Assembly (NCBI RefSeq): GCF_011745625.1
Contig: NW_027191458.1
Location: forward strand, 620,001-684,000
Direction of reading: 5' to 3'
DNA length: 64,000 bases
DNA from: Cladosporium halotolerans
Lineage: Eukaryota
Below, one piece after another: positions 46,671 through 59,848 of the stretch (within the stretch, counting starts at the first letter, position 1; every line of letters starts with the position of its first letter). The notes under the pieces were generated by a model. It did no database searches. It worked only from the letters and a program-made list of their open reading frames with translations, and was not told the origin of the DNA. The position numbers and the translations under genes were made by a program.

Positions 46671-48314
46671 TCACCCCCTCCCGTCCCAGCTCCATCCCCT
46701 TCCATCATCAAAATTCGCCCACCTCCCCTCCCCAACCCCCTCCCAGCCAACCATGACCCCCAAAACCCTACACGCGGCCCCGCTCACCGCGCACACGACG
46801 CCCTCCCCGCTCCCCGCGACCGCCAAATCAAGCAAGAAGCCCCTGCCGACCAGCTCGCGCACCCTGCTCTCCTGCGGGCCCGCGAGCGACGCGAACAGGC
46901 TCGGGTAGAAGCCGCCGTCCCAGCCGGCGTTCTCGTCGACGTGCTTGACGTAGGCCGAGCCGGGCGCGCGGATGGGCTCGGCGGGCGAGGAGGCGTCGAG
47001 GGCGGCTTTGGTGGCGAGCTGGATGCGGGTTTGCGCGGGGGCGAGGGCGTTGGGGAGAAGGGCGAGGAGGAGGTCCGGGTGCGTGGGGAGGGTGGGGTCG
47101 TCGGAGGCGAGGAGGAGGGTTGCGGGCTCGCCGGAGGGGTGGGGTTGGAGGCGGGAGAGGAGGCGGTGGGCGGCGGAGGCGTAGCGCTCGAGCGGCAGGT
47201 AGTCGCGGCTGTACTCGTACTCGAAGGGGTGGAGGTCGCCGCGGCGGATTTGGAGGGCGATTTGCGGGTGGGAGAGTTCGCGGGTGCGCTGGGCGACGTA
47301 TTTGGCGTCGTCGCCGAAGAGGTGGAAGAGGGCTTCGTAGCCGGCGCGGAGGAGGGCGTAGGTGTGGTGGTTGTTGGTTCCGCCGTTGCCGCGCTCGAGG
47401 CCGTAGCGGGGGGTGGCGAACTCGGCTTTGAAGGCCGGGCCGAAGGTCCAGGGGGCGGTGGCGGCGGAGACGACAATGTGCTGGGCCGTGTGGGGGCAAG
47501 GGACGATTTGGGTCCTGGGGGGAGGCGTGCAGCCTTGGGACGGTGGCGGGAGGAAGTAGGTTGTGTAGCTGCCGTAGGGCCAGTGGGAGTCGTCGATGAA
47601 GAAGGCGCGGCCTTCCTTCTTTGCGAGGCCGTAGCTCATCCAGAGCAATAGGAGAGTCTTGCCGAAGCTGACGTCGTCGGTTGCCATTGAGAAAGTCATG
47701 CTAGACTGGCATGTCTGGTTGCCTGCCGCGGGAGATGCTGGCAGGACTCCGGTCCTTTGTGCCTCCGCGACGTCAAGGTAGGCGGGATCTTCGCGGTAGT
47801 ACACGCTCTTTCTGCGCCATTCCTTGACTCTCTCGAGACGTGATCTTTGGGCAAAGCTGCTGCTCAGAGCCTCGGACTGCGTGCAGATGTCCTGATACTG
47901 GCCAGCTTTGAGCGGGAAGGGGGCGTTGGCCGGGATCGAGACCGTCCAGCGTTGTTCGCCTGCTTTGTCGGTGACTAGCAGAGCGGTGGGTTCCTCAGGG
48001 AGATCTTTAACATCATGAGTCGTCGTTGTCTCTGGGACGGCTTGTGTTGATCGAGTCCATGCGGAGTATGACAATCCCCAATGAAGAAGCCAGAGGAAGG
48101 TGAAAAGCGCGGCAAAGTACCTCAAGACAAGGTTTCGTCTCGACAACGGGCGCGACTTGTTCTCCTTCGTCACGGGCAGAGGCAGCAAGCCCTTGTCAGG
48201 CGGCGGGCTTGTGTAGCGTTTCTCATTGAGGCTGGCGCGAGGCGGGGCGGATGTTGAAGAGTTGGTCGAGCCAGCCGACGAGGTGGAAAGGTTGGTGTTC
48301 CTGCGGTCCCGCAT
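46671..48314 (-). CDS. Type II membrane protein, glycosyltransferase-like (fucosyltransferase/GT23-like fold)
   Basis: Single N-terminal TM (RYFAALFTFLWLLHWGL), IALQIRRGD motif resembling HVRRGD of alpha-1,2/1,6-fucosyltransferases, LASDDP, FLLDL..VVCAVS. Confidence 0.6.
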   Translation of the reverse strand: MRDRRNTNLSTSSAGSTNSSTSAPPRASLNEKRYTSPPPDKGLLPLPVTKENKSRPLSRRNLVLRYFAALFTFLWLLHWGLSYSAWTRSTQAVPETTTTHDVKDLPEEPTALLVTDKAGEQRWTVSIPANAPFPLKAGQYQDICTQSEALSSSFAQRSRLERVKEWRRKSVYYREDPAYLDVAEAQRTGVLPASPAAGNQTCQSSMTFSMATDDVSFGKTLLLLWMSYGLAKKEGRAFFIDDSHWPYGSYTTYFLPPPSQGCTPPPRTQIVPCPHTAQHIVVSAATAPWTFGPAFKAEFATPRYGLERGNGGTNNHHTYALLRAGYEALFHLFGDDAKYVAQRTRELSHPQIALQIRRGDLHPFEYEYSRDYLPLERYASAAHRLLSRLQPHPSGEPATLLLASDDPTLPTHPDLLLALLPNALAPAQTRIQLATKAALDASSPAEPIRAPGSAYVKHVDENAGWDGGFYPSLFASLAGPQESRVRELVGRGFLLDLAVAGSGEGVVCAVSGAACRVLGVMVGWEGVGEGRWANFDDGRGWSWDGRG

Positions 48315-50433
48315 GGTGACCGGCAGCGGGTGGGAGCGAGTCCAGAAAATAGTGATGTAGTGAAGGTAGGTAGAGGCCGTTGCGGTCGTTCTTCCCCAGT
48401 TTGGCGAGGTGGGGGAATTTGTTGAAGCGTGCTTTGCACGTGAATGCAGTTATGACCGGTGATCGAGGCGAGACGAAGGGCAGACGACCGGCGGTAAGTA
48501 TTTTCGAAAAAGAGAATTGGTGTCCAAAGCGACTGATTATTGCGAGCGAAGGGAAATGATCGGGAGTCCAGCTCGTTCGACGTCGGGTTTGCGAAGAGAA
48601 GGCACAGCCAACGGCATGGAAGCAGACGAAAATGGCGAAGGCGGCGGCATAAGCACAGGCGGTCGCAGCGGAGGAGAAGAGATGCTCACGACATGTGGCG
48701 GACCTGCGCGCGGGAGAGGCGAGAAGAGGACGAGACGAGACGAGACGAGGACGAAAACGAGATGGACGAGGAGTGCGGTCTGGCAGCAGTCTTACTACAC
48801 AGGCGAGGCAGACAGACAAGCAGAGACATGCAAACGGCGGAGAGGCGAGGGCAGGCAGAAGAAGAAACGGCCGCTTGTGTCAGGTCAGGGTAGCGAGGGC
48901 TCGTCGCACGGCATCCGGTCGGCTGGGCACAGCGAACAAGCAGCGAGTGCATGCGCGCGCGCCCGCCGAGCTGTAGGCAGCGCAGAGTCTCGTGTCTCGT
49001 TGGCGGCATGCAGAGAGCCAGTCGGGAGCGCGAGCCCGTCTATAGCGAGTGGCCCTGAGTGGTAGCGCACCGGGAGCGACAATCAGCAGCGCAGGCCGCG
49101 CAGAGTGTAATCCTCGTGTCCGCCCGCCAGACACGCCAGACACGCCAGACTCTGCGCTCACACACGGCACGGACGGGGGCCGTGGAGTCGCAAGGTGGAG
49201 TGTGTCGTGGTCCGGCCGGCTCCCGCGCCAGCCAGCCGGGCTTGATGAAACGACGGCGCCGGTGCAGCTTGTCGCAGCCCGTGGCACCGCCGGAAGGCTT
49301 GACGGCGATCCTCTGCAAGGCGGACGTAAGCTACATGTACAGCAAGGTACGTACATGTGTAGAGACTGCTCTCCCTTACCAGCTTGGCGTTGGCAGCATG
49401 GTCTCTGTTTAGCCTGTATGACAGAGTAACAGCAGACCCACAAAGTAGGTAAACCAAGAACAGATAGGAAATCCCACTGCACTCACCCGTCGACAAGTCG
49501 CATCAACCAGTCTGCACTGTACCACGCCACAGCCCAGACCTTCCAAACGCCAGCCGTCTCCGACAAACACCCCCTCTGCAGCGCGACGAAACCGACAAAC
49601 AGTGCAGCCGTTCAGTAGGAGACAGACAGCAGCCACGCTTCAGGCCGCGCAGTCAAGGACAGAAGTCGTCAAGCCCGCCTCTCATTAGCCGCCGCTTATA
49701 GTACCTACTTCAAAGACCCTGCCTACTACCGCCGTGGCTTCCACGTGCGAGCATGCGAAAAAGCCAAAGCCAATCTCGACTTCCGAGGTAGGTGTGACTG
49801 CCCAGGTCCAGTTGAAGAGGAACGCATTTCCCCGCAGTCAATGAAGGTAAAAGGGCTCTAATAAACCGAGTGAAAGGTACTCTTCAAGGTAAATGATTCA
49901 CTTCCCCTCCCTCGCCTCCCTCCCATCTCAAATCTCTCTATCGTACAACCCTTGAAATCACCTCCGCTCGCCCTCTTATCTCATGCCTGTAGTGAGTCAT
50001 CGATACCGCTCTCGCTGCCTCTGAACAATATTGGTAATAATAAAAGAAAGTGTAAAAAGAATGCCCGGCCAAGACGCTCAGATCGATCCGAAAAGGAGGA
50101 TAATAAAAAAGTAGTCAAGAAATCAGAAGCCGATCGGCCGTCCCGTCAATCCATCCATCCATGCCGTCCCATTCCAGCATCTCTCTTTTTTATTCCCGTC
50201 TCAATGTACAAATGAAGTCCTCAGGAGGAGGAACCTGGTGGTGGTGGTGATGGTGGTGGTGGTCCTTGGCCCCCAAGTCCTCTCCGTGTATCCCCCAGGT
50301 GCCGGAAAAAAGAACAACTGAAAAAAGTAGTCAAAGGGTATCTCTATCCGCAATCCGCAATCAGTACTCAAGAAATCACTCGCTGCTGCTCGCTGCCGTC
50401 CACCAGCCCGCCAGCCTGCCAGCCATTACTCAC

Positions 50434-53400
50434 TCACTCCCTCTCAGCCCCGCCCTCGGCCTCGCCCATCGCGACCCCCAGCCCCAACTTCTCCATGACC
50501 GTGTCCCTCTTCGCGCGCAGGCTCCCCCGCTCGCCGCGCACCATGTGCCCGCTCTCGACCTTGTCCGCGATCATCTGATCGAGCAGCGCCGTCATCTCGT
50601 CCACGCTCCGGCGGCGCGTCGCGCCGTGGAGTCGCGCGCTCGCGGCGCGGGAAGCGTCGGTCGCGGGGGCGTCGGCGCTGCGGGAGGGGGAGAGGAGGGC
50701 GACGGGCGAGAGGGTGCGCTGTTGCTGGCGGCGGTGGGAGGTGCTGGAGGCGGAAGCGGTGGAGGGCGTGCTGCGGTGGCTGGGGCTTGTTTGGCGGGAG
50801 CGGGAGCGGGGGGCGAGGGGGAGGTGGGGGATGGGGGCGGCGAGAGTGGGGGTCTCGGAGGGGGTTGTTGTCTGGGTGGAAGCGTCTGCGAGGGCGGGTT
50901 TCTGGGCGTTGTCGAGGGTCTCGCGCTTGCGGGTTGCGCTGCGCAGGGCCTGGACCATGCGGGTTTGGTCGTCGAGTTTGGCGCGCAGGGACTCGATTTC
51001 GCGGTCTTTTTCGCGGACGGCGTCCTCGACGGTGTGCTCTTCGGTGGGCTCGAGGATGACGCGGTTGGCGTGGCTCATGCTTGTGCGGCTGTGGCTTGTT
51101 CGCCGGGCCTGCCAGAGGCGCTTCTCCAGTGTGGCGATGTAGCGGTTTTTGTCGGCCAGGTCGGCTTGCAGCATGTTGTTCTGGCGCACGAGGCTGGCTT
51201 CGCCGTCTCCGCGTGGGCCACCTGTGTCGTCCTCGTCTTCTGACTCTTCTGCTAATTGTGAAACTTGCGCTACGGGCATCACTCCCGTTGTAATCGATCC
51301 CGTCGAGAAGGTGCGCTTAAGACTGTTCTCGCCGGTGTTGGGAACCTCCAGAGTATTCGTACTCGTCCGTGGACTGTCGCGGTAACTCTCGACCTGGCTC
51401 TCGTGTCGACTGTACAGGCTCTCTCGACTCCGCAAGCTCACCGGACGCCCGAAATCCGGCTGGCTCATCTGGCTCATTGAACTCATTCGATGCACCGGCA
51501 TGCTGGCGCTGGAGAAGCGACCAGACGAATTGACGCCGAGCGACTTCGAAGACAAGATCAAGCGGTTGAGGTGGCCGATCCGCTCCTTCAGAGCGGTTCG
51601 CGCCAGCTGCATCTCGAGCATCTGCTCCTCGTGCCTCGTGCGCTCCTGTCTTTCGAGCTCCTCTTCCTTCTTGCGGTCCTGTTTGAGCTCCTCGTCCTCC
51701 TCAGCTTCCGCCTTGGCCTTGTTCTGCGCTTCGAGTTGGGCTCTCAGCTCCTGTATCTCCAGTCTATACCTATCGAGAAGAGCTCGACTGTTCGGGTCTC
51801 CACTCGTGTTGGACTCGTTGCGCTTGGCGTGGCTGACAATGTTATTCTTCGCCCTGCTGGCGAACTTGAGCGTGTTCAGCGTTTCTCCCGTGTGCGCGCC
51901 GGTGCTGGCTGCGCTCGTCGCTGCCGAAGACAGTTGGATTGTGCATAGAATCGAGACCAGGGAGTCTCCCGAGAGGGCAGGCTGAAGTAGCCTCGTGAGC
52001 TTGCTGTCACGATAAGGCAGGTGCTTGAGGCTCTTCTCCTTGTCCGCGGGTTTGGCGCCGTCTTCCTTTTCGTCGTCTCCTGACAACCTAGCGATGACGG
52101 TTCCGAGGGTGAGCAACGACTTGTTGATGTGGCCACCTTCTGTCCTCCGCTCTTTGTTCGCGGCGGCCTTTTCTGAACCTGCCAGATCAATGAGCGACAA
52201 AGTCGAGACGAGGACACCACCAGGCAAGACCTTGTCTGACCGCTTTGGATTAGTCTCGTAGCCGCCAACGCGTTCTCGCGACTCCACCACAATCTGAACG
52301 ACAGCATGCGATCGCGAAGATCTCGCGTTGAACTGCGTGCTGCCCGTTCTCCTCGCCTGATCACCTCTCGAGATGACACGCAACAGCTGGTTCGGCGACT
52401 GCACGATTTCCTCCTTCAAGGGAGACGCATAGACTCCCCGTTTGCTGTCTTCGCGCAATTTGATCTCCTCCTGCTGCGTGTTGCCGGGCGTGCTCGCATT
52501 CAGCAGGTCGAAGATCTTCTCGTTGTAGATCTCCAGGTAGCTCACTCGCAGTAGAAACTCACGATCCGGGTTCTCGCGAATGTACGAAAAGATGTCGGTG
52601 ATGGCGAGGGGTATCGTGCCGGGTTGGTTGGCCGTGCCTTGCATGGAAAAAGTTTTGCCGGTGCCGGTCATACCGTATGCGAACACAGTACCATTGTAGC
52701 CTTCCATGACCCGTCGGACCAGTCGCTTCGCAGCATTTTCGTAGACTCGTGCATTGCCGTCGTGAGGTGAGAAGACGTTATCTGGGCTAGGTCAGCGAAG
52801 TCAATGTTCAATGCTGGCAAATTCGGACATACCATAGACATGATCACCGCCTTCCTTGCCGCGGTAAGAAATAAGAGATCGTCGGCCGTCCACCATCCAC
52901 TCTCCTTCATCAGATCGAGCATCGCCTCCTCCAGCATCTGGCCTGACACGCACGCTGACAATCACATTGCCCTTGCTGCTGTCCTTGGCCGTACCGGAGC
53001 TCCTCTTGCTGTCCATGCTCTTCTTGCGCCCCCGCACGGTAGGTTCTAATTCAAGATCTTCAAAAATGGTATCATCTGTGTTGTAGGATTCGTCGACGGA
53101 GGAGCTCTGGCTCTGAGGAGGCGAGGGCAGGCTCAGGAACCCGTCTGATCCTCTGGCTCCTTCGGCGCTCGAGATGAAGCTGTTCTCACCGGAGCCATTG
53201 AGCAGGCTCGGTGCGACTGTGTGGTTGGATGCCGCACCCGCAGATGCTCGAGCCCTCAAGCCATACCCTGAGCTCCTTGGAGTCCTCGTCCTCTTCAGCC
53301 CGCCACTGTCTGACGGCCTGCTCTTGTTCTCCGTCTTCTGTTTCTTGCTAGCTGATTGAGCTGCGCTATGAAGGTCCGAATACGACTCCGAAGTCGACAA

Positions 53401-53805
53401 AGGGCTGGGCGGAAGACTGGATATGCGAGGGGTGCTCTTGGACGGCGGTAGAGGGAAGGCACCGATGCTCGAGACTTTTCGCAGGCTCGGTAGTGATGTT
53501 CGCGGTGTTTGAGCGGCCGGGCTTTCAGGTTTCTGAGGTGTCGGGAAAGTCGTGTTCACCGTGGGCACAGATGAGGCCGACTGTGATTTGTTCGATTTGG
53601 GAGTGGGTAGGGCGGATGCGGTTGCGGACCGCGGAGTGGGCTTCGAGGGAGACCTTGGAGTAGGCAAGCCGGTGCCAGACGGCCGCGGTCGGTCGTCCGA
53701 CACATTGGCAGAGCGGGTTTTGGCGACAGGTAATGATGGTAAGGGCTTCGAGGGAGGTGGTCGCGGCGGCTGTCTGATCGAGGTCATGGTGGCGGTAGGG
53801 CTCAT
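50434..53805 (-). CDS. kipA: Kinesin-7 (Kip2/KipA-like); exons 53805-52833, 52781-50434
   Basis: VIVSVRVRP, FAYGMTGTGKT, NARSSRSH, LIDLAGSE, HINKSLLTLG, HLPYRDSKLTRLLQ; N-terminal S/P-rich region and C-terminal coiled coil. Confidence 0.88.
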
Positions 53806-56800
53806 GACACAGCGTCAAGTCGCTGCGACGAGCCGGCGTCCTCGGCAAGCGGCAGCGCGCAGTGTAACGCGAGGACGGGCGGCGCGACTGCGCTGGGTGT
53901 GCGTGGTACTTCAGTTGTATGCGGCGCTGCCCATCACTCGATCTTCCTCGGCGCCGCGGTGGTGTGCAGCAGGTGGTATGAGTCGGGCAGTGAAGGTGCG
54001 AGTGTCTCACGGCTACCAGCCCTGAGCGTGCTCTGAAGGAAGCAGGCCAGCCAGCGTAAACTGTTTTCGCCCACAGACGCAACCCTGCCAACCTTATTGT
54101 GCCACTGACCCAGAGCAGTCAGTGCGCACGGGGAATTGCACGCGGCGGAGGCGTAGGAAGCGGCGGCTCGATCGCGTCGGCCGACCGTTGGTGGGAGGGA
54201 CGGACCCGGGTGAGGCCACAGGCACGCCGCCGTGAAGTGAGCCGCTGGCAACGGGGGCTGATCAGCTCGCGAACCACGGCTCGATCACCAGCACCACGGG
54301 TGCCTGGCTTCGTCACGTCTGCAGACGCGGACGGGCGAGGGCGAGCGATCGCGTGCGGGCGTTGGCAGCAGAGCAGACGCTACGGCTACCGGTGGAGCGC
54401 CCTGGAGCCAGCCGTCGCTGGTTCAACGCAGGGGAAGAGGGAGAGAGGACCGGTGCTGAGCTTAGCGAGCGTCGGCGGCGGCTGAGGCGCCCTCTTCACG
54501 GCACTTGGCTCTCTTAACACACGCGCTCGCGGGGTCGCGCGATATGGATGGTGAAGGGTGGAGGGAGGGTGCGCCGGCGTGTACACGACAAGAGAGGTGT
54601 GCCTCGCGCGCAGGCGCCCTTGCGCGCTCGTCGCTCGGATGTTGCGTGCACATGCATACCGGGCCAAAATATGAGCGGGCGCAACAACAAGGCCGCGTCG
54701 ATCTACACAAGGGGCCCCGGTCCAATAGTCCATGGTTTGGCGGCTCCGAAGCCTGATGTGCAGCTGCGCGTCTGGGGCAGCGCGGCTGGCACTCGACAGC
54801 CTCGCACGCCTCTCTCATTCCACAGACTTTCCTCGCCGCGGCACATCGAATTCAATCGTGCCCCGACAGAGATCTGCCATCCACTGTTCGGGCGACTTGG
54901 ATGAAACGCATACGCATTGGACCGAGGCAGCGCGCCCGTGCCCCTGCATCACACCTCCATCACCGCGCCAGTCGTGCCAGTCTCCCCCGGAGCACGTCTC
55001 CGCTATCAGGCCCTGAGCAGGGATGTGATGGGTGATAGGGCGCTCGCTGCGCATACCGCGCACCACGCCCAGCAGCCTGCTGCCTCGCGCAAATGAAGCG
55101 TATATCAGCTTCATCAAAAACACACCCAGGCACCGCAAGCAGTTGCCGGCCCGAACTGCGTGCGCATAGTGGCCAACTCCTAGAATCCTAGAATGGTCGT
55201 GCCGGCATTAGCGTGCCCCCGATCTCGGCCGAGCGATTGATGCCTTACCTCGATAGAGGGTCCCTAGTCTCCGTAGTTCTCCCACTAGGAGCCGCCTACT
55301 GCTCTCGTCGGGGGCTCTTCAGGAACCGTCGTGAAAGATCGTCACTCTCTTCAGTCTCGGCCGAGGAGGTATTTGCTTCTGCTTGCCTCAACTATCGCGA
55401 ACATGCTGGTACCTGGTAACCCACCGTCGCTTGAAGGACGCTTGACCACACCCAGCCCAGCCCAGCCGCCATCACATACGCCCGACATCATCCCATACAG
55501 CCAGGCCCTAAAACCCTCAACACTCCAAGGTCACCCCGCTAGTTCGTTTCACGAGCACAATGCTCGGCCTCCACTTCGCGTCGCTGATCGTCGTTCGGCG
55601 GCATCGAACTCGCACCACCTGAAGGCGAGCGATCAATTGCATGCCTGCCTCAGGTACAGACGTTGTCCCATCGACCCGGTTGCGGGTTTGCTCGAAAGGA
55701 GCCGTTGGAACTTGCCGTGCGAGAATTCCAGTTCTACCAGACAGGTATCTGACCCGCGCCTGTCGCCCACGTGGAATGGTTTGCGTCTTCTCCGAGCCCT
55801 TATTGCGAACTGCGCATAGCATACAGCGACTGGCCTGTAAGCAGCACCAGGGTCATGACTCGCTTGGTTCGTCTGTTGCTTTGCGGCTGTCTGCTTCCCG
55901 CTGAGAGAGCAGGATGCGATAACGCCCTGATTCGCTGCCTGCAAGCGCACGAGCAATCAGTCAAAGCCGTCACCTGTTCATTAGAATTTTTCAGCCATGT
56001 CGCATCCTGTGTCGCAGAGAGTAGGGCCATCCCTCGTGATACCACAAGCTTCTCTCGACCGAGCTGCGTCACGAGTCAATACACTGCAAGTACCTTGTAT
56101 ATAGGTCGACCCTCGGAATTCAGTCGGCTGCTTTCCGTGATGTGAAGTGCCGTTTGTGCTAAGTACAGCAGTACATCTTCACTGAATCACGCTATAGCGG
56201 ACGCCTCTTGACCATGACTAGGATTCGCAAACGTTTCAATCGCGTCGTGTGGCCCGCAAGCAGGGACACTCGAGTGCTCAACAACCGTTTCTCAGCCAAA
56301 GAGATTGACGTTGATCACCGATCGAAAATGCGTTGGAAGCGATGCAACGGCACACGCCTCTCGTGTGAAAACACAGCAAATGACACGCATGGCAAGATCA
56401 AACCGCCACCCGCGCTGCCGCTGCAGGCACTGAATCATCGTATGATGATATCAGAGTGCGAAAGAATTGGCAAGGTCAGGTGATGTATCACTTGCAAATA
56501 TGGATGGCACATTCATGCCGCTGTCTCAAGGTCATTAGGCACTTCTGCAGGCGGAATATCTGAATTGCAAATGCGTTAGGGATTTCCCATGCAGACGATT
56601 CATTGAGCCGCTTTTCAATTTCTCTTCAATCAAAGTGCGGTGCCTCCGTCATACAATAACAGACGCATCAACACTGGGAAATATTGGAAAGATCAGACGG
56701 CCAAAACCTGCATTTCGTCTTGTCACTCGTGCAGGTGGATCCGTTGGCTTGACGGCTTCACCAAGCGCGAGCTTCACCGCAGCCGCCATTTCAAATCGCT

Positions 56801-57857
56801 TGCAAGTCGTCTCCAACACCACCTCACACCAAATATGTCTTTGCAAAAAAGCTCACATTATCTCCGGCCATCCCGTGTAGACGCTGACGAGGAAAAAGAG
56901 ACGCGTGGGGCTCCTCACACGTGACATAAGCAGATCGTCGCAGGAATGCAGAGCTGTAAGCGCCCGGAATAGAGACCGGCTGACGATTGGCTGGCGGCAC
57001 CTCAGCGTGGCTGCAAAAGCGCTCGCGCCCATGCACCTTACAGCGTCCCATCACCAATCGTCTTCAGTCGGCGTATCACAAGTCCACGACCCGGGCGCGT
57101 AGTAGATTGACGTCTCATGGCCACTGTAACCTGGGCCCTTGGCCTCGCCGGCCGCATACCGCTCCCAGTCAAGCTCCGTCAGCGCTGGCGAGGCTGAGGT
57201 ATGCGTGGGTGTCGAGAATACAGACGATCCTCTTTGCACTTCACAGGCCTCCTTTTCGCTCTTGCGTTCTACATACAGCAAACCAGACAGCGATCGTTTT
57301 GTCCTGCCCTACTCTGCCACCTGATCGACTAGACCGCTGCTCGACTGCCACGCGTTTCCACCAGTCTTTCCTGCAGACCGCTGCAGAGTGCTGTCCTGCA
57401 CAAGCTCTCGAAATAGACGCGGCCGACATCACACTCGCCCACCCTCTGCGACCTATCGCAGCAACCCGCCTCCGAACCTTGTTCTGGCACGGCGGTTGAG
57501 AGAAGGTCAGTATCCGTTCCTTGCCTCGCGCATGTCTCCTAGCAGTCGGCATATTTAGCATCCACCCACCACAGCGGTCGTGGCGCCTATGGCATAGCAC
57601 CGGCCAATCCTCATCAGTCTGTGCTAAGCGCCCATCGCTGAGTGCCGGATTCTTGAACACTTCGCGCCCAGCTCTGCCGCACCTACATTGCCCAGTCTCA
57701 TTCTGTCCGCGTGTACATTTCCTTATAGCTATCTTCCTCTCAAACCAGGACGAAAGAGCTGGTCTCTGTTTCCTTTGCCCGTCATCGTCGCCGTCACCTT
57801 CATAGTCATCGAGGCCTGCTCACGTCAGGCGTTCTTGTGGCGAATCCTCTGACCAAC

Positions 57858-59416
57858 ATGTCAGACCCAGAGAAGAAAGTCCCGCCTCAGATCGTTGTCA
57901 CCACGCGGCCTCGAGCCTCATCGGGAGATTCTGTCGCGACTCGCACCTCGCTCAAACCTCCTTCGCTAAGATCACCGCGCGCCGCACGCTTTGCTGAGGC
58001 AACCGCTGGGCACTCTCCCATCGAGCCCAGGTCCAACCACTTCATGGCTCAACCGCAGGTCTCAGACGTCGGCTTCGGCTACGTGAACAACAAGCACGAG
58101 TCCGTGGAGATGCCCGACACCGACCACAACGACTACCCACCCATGAAGTCGCCGTTGAAGAGTGCCATGAAGACACCAGGGGCTCCTCCGCGGGATCTGG
58201 GCAATATGCTCAGCCCGACTTTCAAGGAGGAAGACCAACTCGAGAAGCAAGAAGCGCTCACCGACAAGGAGCAGGCGAAAGACCTAGTACGTTTGAGTCC
58301 GACGATGCATCGGAAGGCCGGTACTAATCGTTGCTACAGAAAATCAAAGCTCGCGTGCGCATTGCCAAGTTCTTCCTTCGAGGTATCAACTTCTCATGCG
58401 CTCTGATCATCATCTCCATGCTTTCTGCGACCTTCATGATCTTCAACGCAACCAAAGCACTGCCACCTCGAAATAACCTCCCGCCATGGGCCGAAAACCA
58501 GAAGATCTGGCCTCAGGTCCTCCTTCTCACCATCGCATCCATCATGCTTGCTGCAACAATCTGGGTCTTCTACTCATACTGGAAGGGCGGACACCGAAAA
58601 GCCGAGAAAACCGCAGTCTACTACTCCGCCTTCGCCGTCGGCTTCTTCATCTTCAGCATCATCATGTGGGCCGTCGCAGCCGGCGCCCTGCAAGGCTCCC
58701 GATCCAGCGGCAACAACAAAGACATGTGGGGCTGGGCCTGCGTCGACAACCAGCGCAAGCACCTGTTCGAGAAAGAAGTCTCGTATGACCTCATCTGCCG
58801 CCTGCAGAACTGGAGCCTCGTCTGCATCATCATCGAGATCGTCGTCGAGACCATCACCATCGCCGTCTACGCCATCGTCTTCTACCGCTTCTATTCCAAG
58901 CGCCAGCTGCGCAAGTCCATGGCCGTCCGCGACCGCGCCCGCTCAGACCTCTACCTCGCCCAGCTCCGCTCCCAGTCCGCCCCCAACACCCCCGGCCTCG
59001 CCCCCGCCGGGCCCCTCAGCCCCCGCGACGGCGGCTACAAGCCCTCCGTCCACACCTACGTCAACGGCCCATCGGCCGAGGAGGCCGCGGACGTGCAGTA
59101 CGTCGACGCGACGCAGCACGCGCCGCCCAAGGCCTTCCAGCTGCAGGCGCCGCCCATCCGCGTGCAGACGGCGACGCCCCGCGTGAACCAGATGGGTTTC
59201 GCTCCGGTCGAGACCGTCGGCCGGGAGCGCTCGCGCACGCCGTCCCCGCCCGTGCCGGAGCAGGAGCAGCGCAGCCCGCTCATGGCGGAGATGCCGCGCG
59301 AGCAGTCGCAGGGCCACTTTGAGGCCGCGCCGGGCGAGCAGGTGTACGAGGCGGTGCCGATTCCGGGCGCGTACCAGCCGATGAGCCCGACGCATACGGG
59401 GGGTTTCGCGAGGTGA
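57858..59416 (+). CDS. 4-TM MARVEL-like membrane protein, HAM-8 (hyphal anastomosis)-like; exons 57858-58286, 58340-59416
   Basis: PRAARFAEAT, KIKARVRIAKFFLRGINFSC, four TMs, RDRARSDLYLAQLRSQSAPNTPG. The HAM-8 label is from recall and is unverified. Confidence 0.7.
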
Positions 59417-59848
59417 GAGTGGAGGAGTTTGAATACAGAAGGAAAACGTTTTGGCGTAATTCGGATTGGAATCGGGGCTGGGATACCATAGGGCTTTTCT
59501 CATTCGTTCGCAACGCAATACACCCTCGCTTTGAGGGCGGAGTCGATATGGACTACCGCTGGGTATGTCATCGCCTGTCTCATGGTTAGACACGACAAGA
59601 AAATCAAGAACTCTCTACAAGGACCCCATTCCCTCTCAATCGCCTTCTCAAACCGCGTGTGACCCCCCAACTCCAACTGCCCTGATGAAACGTAACGTCG
59701 CACAACAGCCCCCCTCCCCCCATCAGTGGCACCACGCCCCCTCCCCGACGCGACCCATCACATTTCCCACAGCGATAGGCCCGTCAAACACCCGCAACCC
59801 ACCCTCCCCTCCCCTCCTCACTTCTCACTCGACCAATCTCAAACCCCA

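Noticed and set aside
48725..50263. Short simple repeats ((CGAGA)n near 48730, (GGT)n near 50240; also (CATAG)n near 18350)
   Set aside because: Ordinary microsatellites with no sign of function.
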